A program made the position numbers and the translations under genes. From the NCBI GenBank assembly GCA_009885705.1, contig VFKF01000146.1, forward strand, positions 1-43,178: a stretch of 43,178 bases of DNA. Direction: 5' to 3'. The notes under the pieces are model-generated. The model searched no databases. It saw only the letters and a list, made by a program, of their open reading frames with translations, and was not told the DNA's origin. Below, piece after piece: positions 1 through 9,993 of the stretch. Within the stretch, counting starts at the first letter, position 1. Every line of letters starts with the position of its first letter. The stretch is from Nitrospira sp. (lineage in GTDB: Bacteria > Nitrospirota > Nitrospiria > Nitrospirales > Nitrospiraceae).

Positions 1-489
<489 letters not shown>

Positions 490-508
490 TCAACCTCTGA
501 CTGCGCGC

Positions 509-967
509 TCAGTCGGGCAACGCCAGTCGACCCGCATCTAAGACCTGAGTGCCGGCTATCTCGTCACCAAGACGCCGCCCCTGTTCGTTCCCAATGATCA
601 AGACCCCTTCGAGCGCCATGATCGCGACCGATACAATCCATCCCACATACGGGACGGCAAAAGCTAATTGCGCGACGGCAAAGGGCAAATTGCGAATAAT
701 GGATTCCCGAAACCCTGCAGACTCACGCCGATCTGGAAGCACCGTCTGGAGACCGATCAACCGTTTCCCGATACTGCGCCCGCCGGCAAATCCATCAGCA
801 ATCAGTATATACGCCAATCCTGCAAGAAAACCTACTGGCACGATCATTTGATCGGCTGCTGCGACGATGAATACATCGATGAGCTTGGCAATACCTCGGT
901 TCAGGACCTGCGCCTTCGGATAGATCCCGGCACCGACTGAATGACCTCCGCGAACCTCCTCGGCCAA
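509..967 (-). CDS. RDD family membrane protein
   Basis: 152-aa ORF with hydrophobic segments and RDD-like signature stretches (GRSIGKRLIGLQ, GRRLGDEIAGTQVL). It lies directly upstream of mreB on the same strand. Confidence 0.65.
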   Translation of the reverse strand: MAEEVRGGHSVGAGIYPKAQVLNRGIAKLIDVFIVAAADQMIVPVGFLAGLAYILIADGFAGGRSIGKRLIGLQTVLPDRRESAGFRESIIRNLPFAVAQLAFAVPYVGWIVSVAIMALEGVLIIGNEQGRRLGDEIAGTQVLDAGRLALPD

Positions 968-1128
968 GTGCTCTCCTTACAATTAGTGGCAAAGTATAAC
1001 AAATCACATTACCTAGCACAAACAAAGACCACTCTCCCGCAGATCGACATGACGAATGCGACGTCTTGCTTCACGGACAGAGACCCCGCTCCATCCTGAA
1101 ATCTCAACGCTGGAAGCACGGTCGTCCC

Positions 1129-1157
1129 TTGCCTTTACACAGATCCCTGAGTACAAT
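1129..1157 (+). promoter_or_regulatory. Candidate sigma-70 promoter for the PpiD-like gene (TTGCCT, 17 nt, TACAAT)
   Basis: TTGCCT at 1129-1134 and TACAAT at 1152-1157 with a 17-nt spacer, about 30 nt upstream of the ATG at 1188. Sequence match only. Confidence 0.3.
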
Positions 1158-1187
1158 CCGTTTGCACGAACTTTTCGAGGAATTGTC

Positions 1188-1886
1188 ATGATCAAATTGA
1201 TGCGTGAAGCGTCCCATAGTTATCCCTGGCTCCTCAAGTCCATCATGGGGATTATCGCCCTCGCCTTCGTCATCACCATGGGCTGGTGGGGATTTGGCGA
1301 ACAGTCCGGCGCCGTCGTGGCCTCAGTCGGAGACCTCACCATATCCCGTGACGAGTTTCGACGGGCCTACGAAAATACCTACCGCTTCTACAAGGATAAA
1401 GTTCCTGGAGAGTTCAAGGACGAAACAATCAAGCAGTTTGTCGTGGATCAACTCATCGATAATCGGACCTGGCTCATCGCGGCCAAAAACATGGGCCTCA
1501 CCGTGGCGAACGAAGATCTGCGCGAAGTCATCATGCAGATCCCCGACTTTCAAAAAAATGGCGCATTTGATCCGGAAGTCTACCAACGACTCCTGGCAGC
1601 GAACCATCTGACGCCCGCGATATTTGAAGCCATGGAAGCGAAAGAAGTGCTGAGCAACAAAGCCCGGCTGGTCATCCGCGACGCCGTAGCCCTGACCCCT
1701 GCCGAACTTGCCGAGGCACAGGCCCTCACTGTGCGGCAAACGGAATCGGACCCGGCAAAGGCCACCGCAGCCAAGGACCGCGCGTTACAGGACGTCCTCT
1801 TTCAAAAGCAACAACGCGCGCTGATGGCCTATACCGAATCGCTCAAAACGACGCTACCCATCACCATTCACCGCGAGCTCTTGTAA
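1188..1886 (+). CDS. SurA N-terminal domain / PpiD-like periplasmic chaperone without a parvulin domain
   Basis: The ORF track gives 1056..1886. I prefer the ATG at 1188, where MIKLMREASHSYPWLLKSIMGIIALAFVITMGWWGF forms a PpiD-type N-terminal membrane anchor. A SurA_N-like helical region follows. Confidence 0.6.
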   Translation: MIKLMREASHSYPWLLKSIMGIIALAFVITMGWWGFGEQSGAVVASVGDLTISRDEFRRAYENTYRFYKDKVPGEFKDETIKQFVVDQLIDNRTWLIAAKNMGLTVANEDLREVIMQIPDFQKNGAFDPEVYQRLLAANHLTPAIFEAMEAKEVLSNKARLVIRDAVALTPAELAEAQALTVRQTESDPAKATAAKDRALQDVLFQKQQRALMAYTESLKTTLPITIHRELL

Positions 1887-1967
1887 CAAACAGGCACGTG
1901 GCCTGAGGCTAAACGTTTTCTCACGACACCTCATTCCACTAGCCGCTTGCCCATCGTCCCTCACCGC

Positions 1968-2987
1968 CTACACAATCAGCATCGCATCGCCATAACTGTA
2001 AAAACGATACCGCTCGCGAACTGCCTCGGCATAGGCCTCTCGAAGAAATTCCGTCCCGGCCAACGCGGAAACCAGCATCAACAATGTGGTGCGCGGCAGG
2101 TGAAAATTCGTGAAGAGCGCGTCGATCACCTTGAATGAAAACCCTGGCGTCATGAAGATGTCCGTCTCGCCTCGATAGGGCCTGACCTGGCCGTCAGCAC
2201 GAGCCGCCGTTTCGAGCGCACGTACCGCGGTAGTCCCGACCGCGACGATCCGTCCACCAGCCGCCCGCGCATGTTCGATGGCACGTACCGTCTCTACCCC
2301 GACCTCGATCCATTCCTCGCCCATCTGATGGTCTTCGATGTGATCGACCTTCACCGGCTTGAAGGTTCCAATACCGACATGGAGCGTGACACTCGTGAGA
2401 CCGATTCCTCGCTGTTGCAGCCGTGCCAACAATTCCTGGGTAAAATGGAGTCCGGCCGTCGGTGCCGCAATCGCACCCTCATGTTGCGCAAACAGCGTTT
2501 GGTACCATTCTCGATCTTGATCAGTCGGTGCTCGCTTCAAATAGGGAGGAAGCGGCATTCGGCCATGTTCCCGTAACCACTCAACGAACGGAATTGGACT
2601 CTCAACCTGCACCGTCGTTCTGGCCAAACCACGCTCGATCACCACCGCAGAAGCCGCTGCATCCATCTCAATGGTCTGTCCTGGACGAAACGTCCCCTTG
2701 ATCAACACTTCCCAGATCGCATCCCCGAGATCTTTCACGAAAAGGATCTCGACCTCCGCACCTGAAGGACGCTTCCGTCCAACCACGCGCGCGGCTAACA
2801 CCTTCGTATTGTTGACCACGAGGAGATCGCCTGGCTGAAGCAGCTCAGGCAAGTCGTCAACCCGTCGATGGGCTAGCGAGTGGGTGTGCGGCTGCAGGAC
2901 GAGCAGCTTCGCGTGATCACGTGGAAGGACCGGGTGCGTCGCAATCAGCGAGGGATCGAACGGAAAGTCGAACTCGGAGAGCTGCAT
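1968..2987 (-). CDS. queA: S-adenosylmethionine:tRNA ribosyltransferase-isomerase
   Basis: 339 aa, full-length QueA-like: MQLSEFDFPFDPSLIATHPVLPRDHAKLLVL, GDLLVVNNTKV, AAPTAGLHFT, VGTTAVRALE, FYSYGDAMLI. Confidence 0.95.
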   Translation of the reverse strand: MQLSEFDFPFDPSLIATHPVLPRDHAKLLVLQPHTHSLAHRRVDDLPELLQPGDLLVVNNTKVLAARVVGRKRPSGAEVEILFVKDLGDAIWEVLIKGTFRPGQTIEMDAAASAVVIERGLARTTVQVESPIPFVEWLREHGRMPLPPYLKRAPTDQDREWYQTLFAQHEGAIAAPTAGLHFTQELLARLQQRGIGLTSVTLHVGIGTFKPVKVDHIEDHQMGEEWIEVGVETVRAIEHARAAGGRIVAVGTTAVRALETAARADGQVRPYRGETDIFMTPGFSFKVIDALFTNFHLPRTTLLMLVSALAGTEFLREAYAEAVRERYRFYSYGDAMLIV

Positions 2988-4216
2988 CAGGAAGACGGCG
3001 GGGTCGGAGGTTTAGTCAACGTCATATTCTGTAGTTCCGTGCCAGGATAGTAATACCGAAGAATCGTCGAGAAGGGGTACCCCAGCTCGGCCAGTTCTTT
3101 TGCACCCCACTGACACATGCCGACGGCGTGCCCTGCACCAAATCCAGACAGCACCACCTCTCGCCCGATCGATTCGATGGCAAACTGCGTACTGGGGATA
3201 ATGGTATAGCCGACCGCTTTCCGCAACTCTTCGCCTCGAAGGATGAGCTCCCCCCCGGAGTGCAGGATGCGCAGCTTCGCGACTCGCCCTCCGCGGCTGA
3301 ACGAAAGCGGGGTCATCGTCGCAATCGTTCCCACAGAAAATCCCTGCTGCCGCAAGTTCTGCTCAAGGGTATCGACTTTGAAGGAGGATTTCCATTGATA
3401 GTAAGGCGATGCAAGGTCAAAAGGACATTCTACTCCTTTGAGATAGGGATACTCTTTGGACCACACATTCATGGCATCTTCTGTCAATCCGGCCGCCGTC
3501 GATGAGAACGCAGCATAGATCGGCGCATCCTCATAGGTGACAACAAGCCCACGAGTGTCTTCGACCGCACGAAGAATCCCGGCATCAACCCCCTGCTTGC
3601 CCCGATAGACTTGGTCTTGCACCGTCGCCGCCACATCGTAGTCGCGTGTCGCACTCAACATCTGTTGATAGAGCGCATAGGTTCGAGCCGCGACCGCCTG
3701 GGCCTTCAACATTTCAGGATGCCAGGCCGAACTAACCTCTGCGGGCACGACCCCTTTCACGTATTCCTCAAAGTCGACTCGGTTGATAACGAGAAACCCT
3801 TTCCCTTTCCGCACAAGATGAATCAGGCCACTCACCGAGATCGCCACACCGGAATCGCCAGAGGATACTGCCGCCCCGTGAGACTTCCTGGTAGGCCGCG
3901 GGAAGGTCAACGTGAGTCCTTGTTCTCCACCCTGCAGCGTCAACCGCTCCGTCGGCATACGGACGCCGTTCAAGAGGAAGCCATGCTCCCCGACTTGAAC
4001 ACGAACCGACGTGCGTAGCGTCTGGCTATGCCCTTTGGCATCCGTCACCCAGAGGGGACGGTCTGCGCGGACATCGAACTGTGAAACATTCGCTGACAAC
4101 AGGACACGAATCGACTGCGCAGCCTCCGTGGCAGAGGACAGGCCGAGAAGACAGGCTCCAACCGCGATAGCCTGATACAATGCACCCTTGAATGACTTCA
4201 CCGGCGAAATATCCAT
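2987..4216 (-). CDS. SpoIID/LytB domain protein (amidase-enhancer family), secreted
   Basis: 409 aa with an N-terminal signal-like segment and a SpoIID core (EEYVKGVVPAEVSSAWHPEMLKAQAVAARTYAL, GHAVGMCQWGA). Confidence 0.85.
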   Translation of the reverse strand: MDISPVKSFKGALYQAIAVGACLLGLSSATEAAQSIRVLLSANVSQFDVRADRPLWVTDAKGHSQTLRTSVRVQVGEHGFLLNGVRMPTERLTLQGGEQGLTLTFPRPTRKSHGAAVSSGDSGVAISVSGLIHLVRKGKGFLVINRVDFEEYVKGVVPAEVSSAWHPEMLKAQAVAARTYALYQQMLSATRDYDVAATVQDQVYRGKQGVDAGILRAVEDTRGLVVTYEDAPIYAAFSSTAAGLTEDAMNVWSKEYPYLKGVECPFDLASPYYQWKSSFKVDTLEQNLRQQGFSVGTIATMTPLSFSRGGRVAKLRILHSGGELILRGEELRKAVGYTIIPSTQFAIESIGREVVLSGFGAGHAVGMCQWGAKELAELGYPFSTILRYYYPGTELQNMTLTKPPTPPSS

Positions 4217-4452
4217 GATACGAGAAAGAATACCAGACTCAGGAGGATGCTGAGGAGCAGACTGGTCGCGAGGGGAAACGAAAAGCTGAAGTTATCTCGC
4301 CGAATGAAGATGTCCCCGGGCAACTTACCGAACCATCCCAGGAGACTCCCAGCTCCAGGAACACGATCAATGATCAACAGCAACAGCCCGGCCAATGCGA
4401 TGCACAGCCCTACGATCACGAAGACTTTCCCGAGACTCCCCCACTCAGCCAT
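4198..4452 (-). CDS. DUF2905 family small membrane protein
   Basis: 84 aa with two transmembrane segments flanking GKLPGDIFIRRDNFSFSFPLATS, the DUF2905 signature. Confidence 0.75.
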   Translation of the reverse strand: MAEWGSLGKVFVIVGLCIALAGLLLLIIDRVPGAGSLLGWFGKLPGDIFIRRDNFSFSFPLATSLLLSILLSLVFFLVSWIFRR

Positions 4453-5468
4453 CAGCCTTTGGCCAAATGCTCAGCGATTTGCACCGCATTGAGAGCGGCC
4501 CCTTTGCGCAAATTATCTGCCACCACCCACAGATTGAGACCGTTCGAGATCGACTCATCTTCACGAATGCGGCCGACGTAGACCTCGTCCTTCCCCGCAA
4601 CCTCCAACGGCATGGGGTAGATCTGATGGGCCGGATCGTCATACAGCAACACGCCTGGCGCCGTCGACAGAATGGCGCGGGCCTCGTTGACCGACAGTTT
4701 TTTCTCCGTCTCAATATTGATGGCTTCCGAATGCCCGACATACACCGGAACCCGCACCGTCGTCGCCGTCACCTGAATCGACTGATCGCCCATGATCTTT
4801 CTCGTCTCATGGAGCATCTTCATCTCTTCTTTCGTATAGCCTGACGGAAGAAAGTCGTCGATCTGCGGCAAGCAGTTGAAGGCGATCTGATAGGGATAGA
4901 CCTTGGGACTCGCCTCTTTGAAGCTCAACAGGTCTTGGCACTCCGTCATCAACTCGTCCATGGCGTCCTTCCCCGTGCCGGACACGGATTGAAAGGTCGT
5001 CACGACAATTCGCTTAATCCTGGCCCGATCATGGAGGGGTTTCAATGCCACGACCATTTGAATCGTGGAACAGTTCGGATTGGCAATGATGCCCTTATGC
5101 CGTGGGATATCGTGCGGGTTCACCTCAGGCACCACCAGCGGCACCTCAAGGGTCATCCGCCAGGCTGCGCTGTTATCGATCACCACCGCACCGGCCTTCA
5201 CCGCAATCGGCGCGAACTCCCGGCTGAGCTCCGCCCCGGCAGAAAAGAGCGCGATGTCCACGCCGGCAAACGAATCCTTCGTCAAGACTTCAATGGGCAC
5301 TTCGTTCCCTTGGAATGTCACCGTGCCGCCGGCAGAACGAGCCGAGGCAAGAGGGACCAGCCGTGAGACGGGAAACTCCCGCTCCTCAAGTACCTCGATC
5401 ATTTCAGTCCCGACTGCCCCGGTCGCACCGACAATCGCCACCACATACCCTGATTTTTTCTTTTTCAT
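4452..5468 (-). CDS. asd: Aspartate-semialdehyde dehydrogenase
   Basis: 338 aa with VAIVGATGAVG Rossmann start, active-site NCSTIQMV and SGTGK, collinear with Asd. Confidence 0.95.
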   Translation of the reverse strand: MKKKKSGYVVAIVGATGAVGTEMIEVLEEREFPVSRLVPLASARSAGGTVTFQGNEVPIEVLTKDSFAGVDIALFSAGAELSREFAPIAVKAGAVVIDNSAAWRMTLEVPLVVPEVNPHDIPRHKGIIANPNCSTIQMVVALKPLHDRARIKRIVVTTFQSVSGTGKDAMDELMTECQDLLSFKEASPKVYPYQIAFNCLPQIDDFLPSGYTKEEMKMLHETRKIMGDQSIQVTATTVRVPVYVGHSEAINIETEKKLSVNEARAILSTAPGVLLYDDPAHQIYPMPLEVAGKDEVYVGRIREDESISNGLNLWVVADNLRKGAALNAVQIAEHLAKG

Positions 5469-5486
5469 TCTGAGCCTCGATCCTGC

Positions 5487-6701
5487 CTACAGCGCGATCT
5501 CGCGAATACGATGATTGAATGTATCGGCCACGAGCAGATACCCCGCACGAGCCATCACGATTCCAAACGGGTAACTCAGACTGGCGTCGAGAGCCGCGCG
5601 ATCGTCGCCCCCATAGTTTGCCACACCAACACCGGCAATGCGCGTAATACGTCCGGTCTCTCGATCCCATCGGCGGACTAGATGGTTGTCCGAATCGGTA
5701 AAAAACAGGTTCCCCGCTTCGTCCAACACGATTCCGGATGGCCGTGACAGACTGCGGCTAGGCGGCTCGTCCGGCCCCTGATACTTATACTCTCCACCGT
5801 CCCCCGCCACGGTGCTGATGAGGCCAGTGCCGAGATCGACGGCTCGAATCCTTCCACTAAAGCTATCGGCAATGACTAACGTGCCATCTGCCATCAGCGC
5901 CAGCCCGCCGGGACCGGCCAAACCGGTATCGGTGGCAGCCATGCCGTCTCCATTGTACGCAGCCGTTCCTGTCCCTGCGACCGTACGAATCACTCCGGTC
6001 GCCAGATCGACCGCCCGCACGCGATTATTATTTTGATCGGCAATGTAGAGGTGGCCTGCATCACTCACGGCCAAGGCGACCGGTTCATTCAAGCCGGCCT
6101 CCACGGCTAATCCCCCGTCTCCGGAGTATCGAGGTTGCCCAAGGCCCGCGACCGTTGTGATGATGCCCGTCACTGCATCCACACGCCGCACTCGATGGTT
6201 CAGCGTATCGGCAATATAGAGATGCCCTCCCCGATCGACCACCACCGCTGTCGGGAAATTCAACAGAGCTTGATCGGCAGGGCCACCGTCGCCGCTGAAA
6301 CGTTTTGCCGGCGCCGTGCCGGCCACGACATACCGAACGGTCCCGCTCAAGTCGGTCTGTTGCGTGAACGCATGCGAATGGACGGCGTCGCTTTCGGCAA
6401 AGGGATCGTCACTCGATCCTTCCGCTGCTGGAGGGGGCGGAACTGGCGCAGCCTCCGGTCCGACTCCCTGGATACATCCCGCAACCGTCCTGATGCAGCC
6501 GCTCTTTCTGTCGATCCTCCGAATGACATGGTTCTCAGAGTCGGCAATGAATAAGTTCCCCTCTCCATCGAGAGTCAAACTCTTGGGTTCATTGAGGCAG
6601 GCAACGAAGGCTGCAGCTCCGTCGCCGGACCAGCCTGGCTCTCCGGTGCCGGCGAAGGTTCGAATCGATCCAACGTTGAGCGGTACAGTCATCGAGTCCA
6701 C
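5487..6701 (-). CDS. NHL-repeat beta-propeller protein with no obvious signal peptide
   Basis: 404 aa with at least 6 copies of the ...P.G.A.D..G.LYIAD..NHR(V/I)RR(I/V)D..TG.I.TVAG.G... unit. Confidence 0.8.
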   Translation of the reverse strand: MDSMTVPLNVGSIRTFAGTGEPGWSGDGAAAFVACLNEPKSLTLDGEGNLFIADSENHVIRRIDRKSGCIRTVAGCIQGVGPEAAPVPPPPAAEGSSDDPFAESDAVHSHAFTQQTDLSGTVRYVVAGTAPAKRFSGDGGPADQALLNFPTAVVVDRGGHLYIADTLNHRVRRVDAVTGIITTVAGLGQPRYSGDGGLAVEAGLNEPVALAVSDAGHLYIADQNNNRVRAVDLATGVIRTVAGTGTAAYNGDGMAATDTGLAGPGGLALMADGTLVIADSFSGRIRAVDLGTGLISTVAGDGGEYKYQGPDEPPSRSLSRPSGIVLDEAGNLFFTDSDNHLVRRWDRETGRITRIAGVGVANYGGDDRAALDASLSYPFGIVMARAGYLLVADTFNHRIREIAL

Positions 6702-6709
6702 AAGCCTGG

Positions 6710-7783
6710 CTAGTTCAGGTTTCGCAGGATTGCCTCGCCCATTTCCGTCGTACTGACGAGACGGGTTCCCTGGCTATAAATATCTTTCGTGCGATACCCG
6801 AGTTCGAGGGTTTTTACGATCGCCTGCTCGATGGCCGCCGCTTCCTGATCCAGCTTGAACCCATACGACAGCATCATGGCCGCCGAGGCAATCGTCGCGA
6901 TGGGATTCGCGACATTCTTTCCGGCAATGTCCGGCGCGCTGCCGTGAATCGGTTCGAACAGCCCGACCTGCGCACCGATACTGGCCGACGGCAACATGCC
7001 GATGGAGCCGGTCAACATGGCCGCTTCATCGCTCAGAATATCGCCGAAGATATTATTGCAGAGCATCACATCGAACTGACGCGGGTTGCGGACAAGCTGC
7101 ATCGCGGCATTGTCGACATAGATATGGCTCAGCTCCACATCCTGATAACTCTTATGGGTCTCGATCACGACTCGGCGCCAGAGTTCGGACGACTCCAGCA
7201 CGTTTGCTTTGTCGACGGACATCACTTTACTCCGACGCTTTCTCGCCGCTTCGAACGCCACTTTCGCGATCCTCACGATTTCTTCGGTCGTATAGACCTC
7301 GGTGTTGAACCCTCGTTCGCTCCCATTCGGCAGCTTCTCGATGCCTTTCGGCTTCCCGAAATAAATGCCGCCCGTCAACTCCCGGATGACGAGGATGTCG
7401 ATGCCCTCGATGACCTCGCGTTTGAGTGTAGAGGCATCGGCCAACATCGGATACAACTTCGCCGGCCGCAAATTCGCATAGAGGCCCAGGTGTTCCCGCA
7501 AACCCAGCAGCGCGCGTTCCGGCCGCAAACTGTACTCCAGCCCTTCCCACTTGGGGCCGCCGACTGCACCGAGCAAGACGGCATCGCTCTGCTTGGCGAG
7601 GGTCAGCGTCTCCTGTGGAAGCGGGACGCCGACTTTATCGATGGCCTGGCCACCGACATCGCCGGCCAGGAACTCGAACTGGTGCTGGAACTTCTCGGCT
7701 ATGGCCTTCAATACTTTTACCGCTTCAGGAACGATTTCTCGGCCTACTCCATCGCCAGCTAATACCGCAATCTTCGCCTTCAC
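6710..7783 (-). CDS. leuB: 3-isopropylmalate dehydrogenase
   Basis: 357 aa with [37 protein letters not shown] and [15 protein letters not shown]. Confidence 0.95.
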   Translation of the reverse strand: MKAKIAVLAGDGVGREIVPEAVKVLKAIAEKFQHQFEFLAGDVGGQAIDKVGVPLPQETLTLAKQSDAVLLGAVGGPKWEGLEYSLRPERALLGLREHLGLYANLRPAKLYPMLADASTLKREVIEGIDILVIRELTGGIYFGKPKGIEKLPNGSERGFNTEVYTTEEIVRIAKVAFEAARKRRSKVMSVDKANVLESSELWRRVVIETHKSYQDVELSHIYVDNAAMQLVRNPRQFDVMLCNNIFGDILSDEAAMLTGSIGMLPSASIGAQVGLFEPIHGSAPDIAGKNVANPIATIASAAMMLSYGFKLDQEAAAIEQAIVKTLELGYRTKDIYSQGTRLVSTTEMGEAILRNLN

Positions 7784-7824
7784 AGAGCACTCTCCCTCGT
7801 TACGCGTGATGAACGCACCAGTCT

Positions 7825-8211
7825 CTATTCCAAAACGTCTTCATCCTCTGCCCGCCAAGCGGGATCGACCAGGCAAAGAAACTCGATGGCAGTGGGCCCG
7901 TTATTCTCTAACGACTGCCTAGCCCCTGGAGGCACATACACAGTGGCGCCGGCCTCAACTGCGACAGCCGAATCGTCCACCGTCAATATTCCTCGACCGG
8001 CAATGATGTAGTAGACCTCGGACGAGGTCAGCCTGTGCCATTTCGACCGGCCGCCTGGAGCCAAGGTCCCATGCGCCAGGCTATACCCAAGCGCGACCGG
8101 CTGCTTCGCCGGATGCAGGAGCTCGCGGAGGACGGTATGATCGCCGGCCAGAAATTCAGGCCGATCCCCCAGGGTGACATGAACCACCGCGCACCTCTCA
8201 GCAAACGACAA
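7825..8211 (-). CDS. Cupin domain protein
   Basis: 128 aa with a cupin-like core (H...[18 protein letters not shown]...[13 protein letters not shown]). It sits between leuA and leuB. Confidence 0.7.
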   Translation of the reverse strand: MSFAERCAVVHVTLGDRPEFLAGDHTVLRELLHPAKQPVALGYSLAHGTLAPGGRSKWHRLTSSEVYYIIAGRGILTVDDSAVAVEAGATVYVPPGARQSLENNGPTAIEFLCLVDPAWRAEDEDVLE

Positions 8212-8259
8212 AACCCCGCTTCCAGGCCGGAGCCGGTGACTTTACCGTGGCCACTTTCC

Positions 8260-9807
8260 TTAAATCAAGTTCACCTTCTGCTCGCCCTGCGCCTGCTTTC
8301 CAGCCAAATACAATAACTTGTTCAAGGCGTTGAGATAGGCACGGGCTGAGGCCATGATGATGTCTGTATCCGCTCCATGGCCCGATACGGTGCGCCCATC
8401 CTCTTGAACCTTGACCGAGACTTCACCCTGAGCATCGGTCCCCCCCGTGATCGCTTTCACGACATACATGAGGAGCGTGCTCTTCGTCTGCGTGATCGCG
8501 GCAATGGTCCGATAGACGGCATCCACTGGCCCATCGCCTGTCCCCGTCTGAACGATCGTTCGTCCGTCGATCTCAAGTTCGACCGTCGCGGTCGGTACTT
8601 GATCCGTTCCGCTGGCCGCATGGAACGACTTCAAGGTGATCCGATCGGCCATTTTGACTAACTCTTCTGAGACAATCACTTCGAGATCCTCCTCGTAGAT
8701 CTCCTTTTTCTGGTCGGCCAGCTTCTTGAACCGCTCGAACGCATGGTTCACCTCTTCGTCCGAGAGCGTATAGCCCAGCTCTACTAACCTCTGGCGAAAC
8801 GCATGCCGTCCAGAAAGCTTCCCCATGACCATCTTGCCCTCAACCAGCCCGATCGTCTCCGGCTTCATAATTTCATAGGTCGTCTTGTCCTTCAGCAACC
8901 CGTCCTGGTGAATACCGGACGTATGGGCAAAGGCATTCGCTCCGACAATCGCCTTATTCGGCTGCACCACCATACCGGTGATCTTGCTGACCAATCGGCT
9001 GGTCTTGGAGATCTCTTCGGTGCGGATCTTTGTGTCGGCTTGATAGAAGTCTTTCCTGGTCCGAAGACCCATGACGATTTCTTCCAACGCCGTATTCCCT
9101 GCCCGCTCACCGATCCCATTGATCGTACATTCAACCTGGCCCGCTCCTTCGAATACCGCCGCTAAACTATTACCCACAGCGAGGCCAAGATCGTTATGGC
9201 AATGGACGGAGATCACCGCCTTTGCACTATTGGACACCTGCTCGCGAATGCCTCGAATGAGCCGTCCAAACTCCTGCGGCACCGCATAGCCGACCGTATC
9301 GGGAATATTGATCGTCCCGGCTCCGGCTTCAATCACCGCTTCAATGACCTCATAGAGATAGGCCGGGTCGGAGCGACTGGCATCCATCGGCGAAAACTCC
9401 ACATCGTCGACATACCCCCTCGCTCGTTGAACCATCTCGACCGCGCGCTTCTTCGCCTCGTCTCGGGTCATGCGAAACTGATGTTTCAGATGGATATCCG
9501 AGGTCGAGAGAAACGTATGGATCCGGACCTTCGGCGCCCCCTTTAAGGCCTCCCAGGCTCGATCGATATCCTCCGGACGTGCTCGCGCCAAGCTGCAAAT
9601 CGTCGGTCCCTCGACCTCCTGTGCAATTCGCCGCACCGCCTCAAAATCTCCGGGCGAACTATAGGCAAACCCTGCTTCAATGATATCGACCCCTAACCGC
9701 GCCAACTGCTTCGCCACCATGATCTTCTCTTCAACATTCATGCTGGCGCCGGGAGATTGCTCTCCATCACGCAAGGTCGTATCGAAAATTTTGATCATCC
9801 TGGTCAT
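8260..9807 (-). CDS. leuA: 2-isopropylmalate synthase, long form with a C-terminal LeuA regulatory domain
   Basis: 515 aa with IFDTTLRDGEQSPG, HCHNDLGLAVGNSLAA and HTSGIHQDG. It is preceded by a Leu-specific T-box. Shine-Dalgarno AGAGAGG lies 7 nt upstream of the ATG at 9807. Confidence 0.93.
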   Translation of the reverse strand: MTRMIKIFDTTLRDGEQSPGASMNVEEKIMVAKQLARLGVDIIEAGFAYSSPGDFEAVRRIAQEVEGPTICSLARARPEDIDRAWEALKGAPKVRIHTFLSTSDIHLKHQFRMTRDEAKKRAVEMVQRARGYVDDVEFSPMDASRSDPAYLYEVIEAVIEAGAGTINIPDTVGYAVPQEFGRLIRGIREQVSNSAKAVISVHCHNDLGLAVGNSLAAVFEGAGQVECTINGIGERAGNTALEEIVMGLRTRKDFYQADTKIRTEEISKTSRLVSKITGMVVQPNKAIVGANAFAHTSGIHQDGLLKDKTTYEIMKPETIGLVEGKMVMGKLSGRHAFRQRLVELGYTLSDEEVNHAFERFKKLADQKKEIYEEDLEVIVSEELVKMADRITLKSFHAASGTDQVPTATVELEIDGRTIVQTGTGDGPVDAVYRTIAAITQTKSTLLMYVVKAITGGTDAQGEVSVKVQEDGRTVSGHGADTDIIMASARAYLNALNKLLYLAGKQAQGEQKVNLI

Positions 9808-9828
9808 GACTTCACCTCTCTTATCTGG

Positions 9829-9955
9829 TGAGATTGCTCAAAATGCTTTTCCCGCAAGGCCGCAGGAAGCGAGACGACTGAGGCGTACCCGTAGGGTACG
9901 TCGCAGGGAGGCACGCGACCGAGAACGCAGCGGGAAAGCATTTTCAGCAATCTCA
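9829..9955. repeat. 127-bp imperfect palindrome: roughly 26/27-bp terminal inverted arms plus a central 7-9 bp hairpin
   Basis: The left arm tgagattgctcaaaatgcttttcccgc (9829-9855) matches the reverse complement of the right arm gcgggaaagcattttcagcaatctca (9930-9955). They differ by one mismatch and one 1-nt indel. A central cgtaccc-gta-gggtacg hairpin is centred at 9892, the same centre as the outer arms. Confidence 0.8.
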
Positions 9956-9958
9956 AAT

Positions 9959-9993
9959 AAAAAAACCTCCATCCCTACGCCCAGGGACGGAGG
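9959..9993 (-). terminator. Intrinsic terminator (expression platform of the T-box)
   Basis: The minus-strand RNA reads CCUCCGUCCCU-GGGCGU-AGGGAUGGAGG followed by U7. This is an 11-bp stem with one G-U pair. On the plus strand that pair becomes an A-C mismatch, so the element is oriented for the minus strand. Confidence 0.85.
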
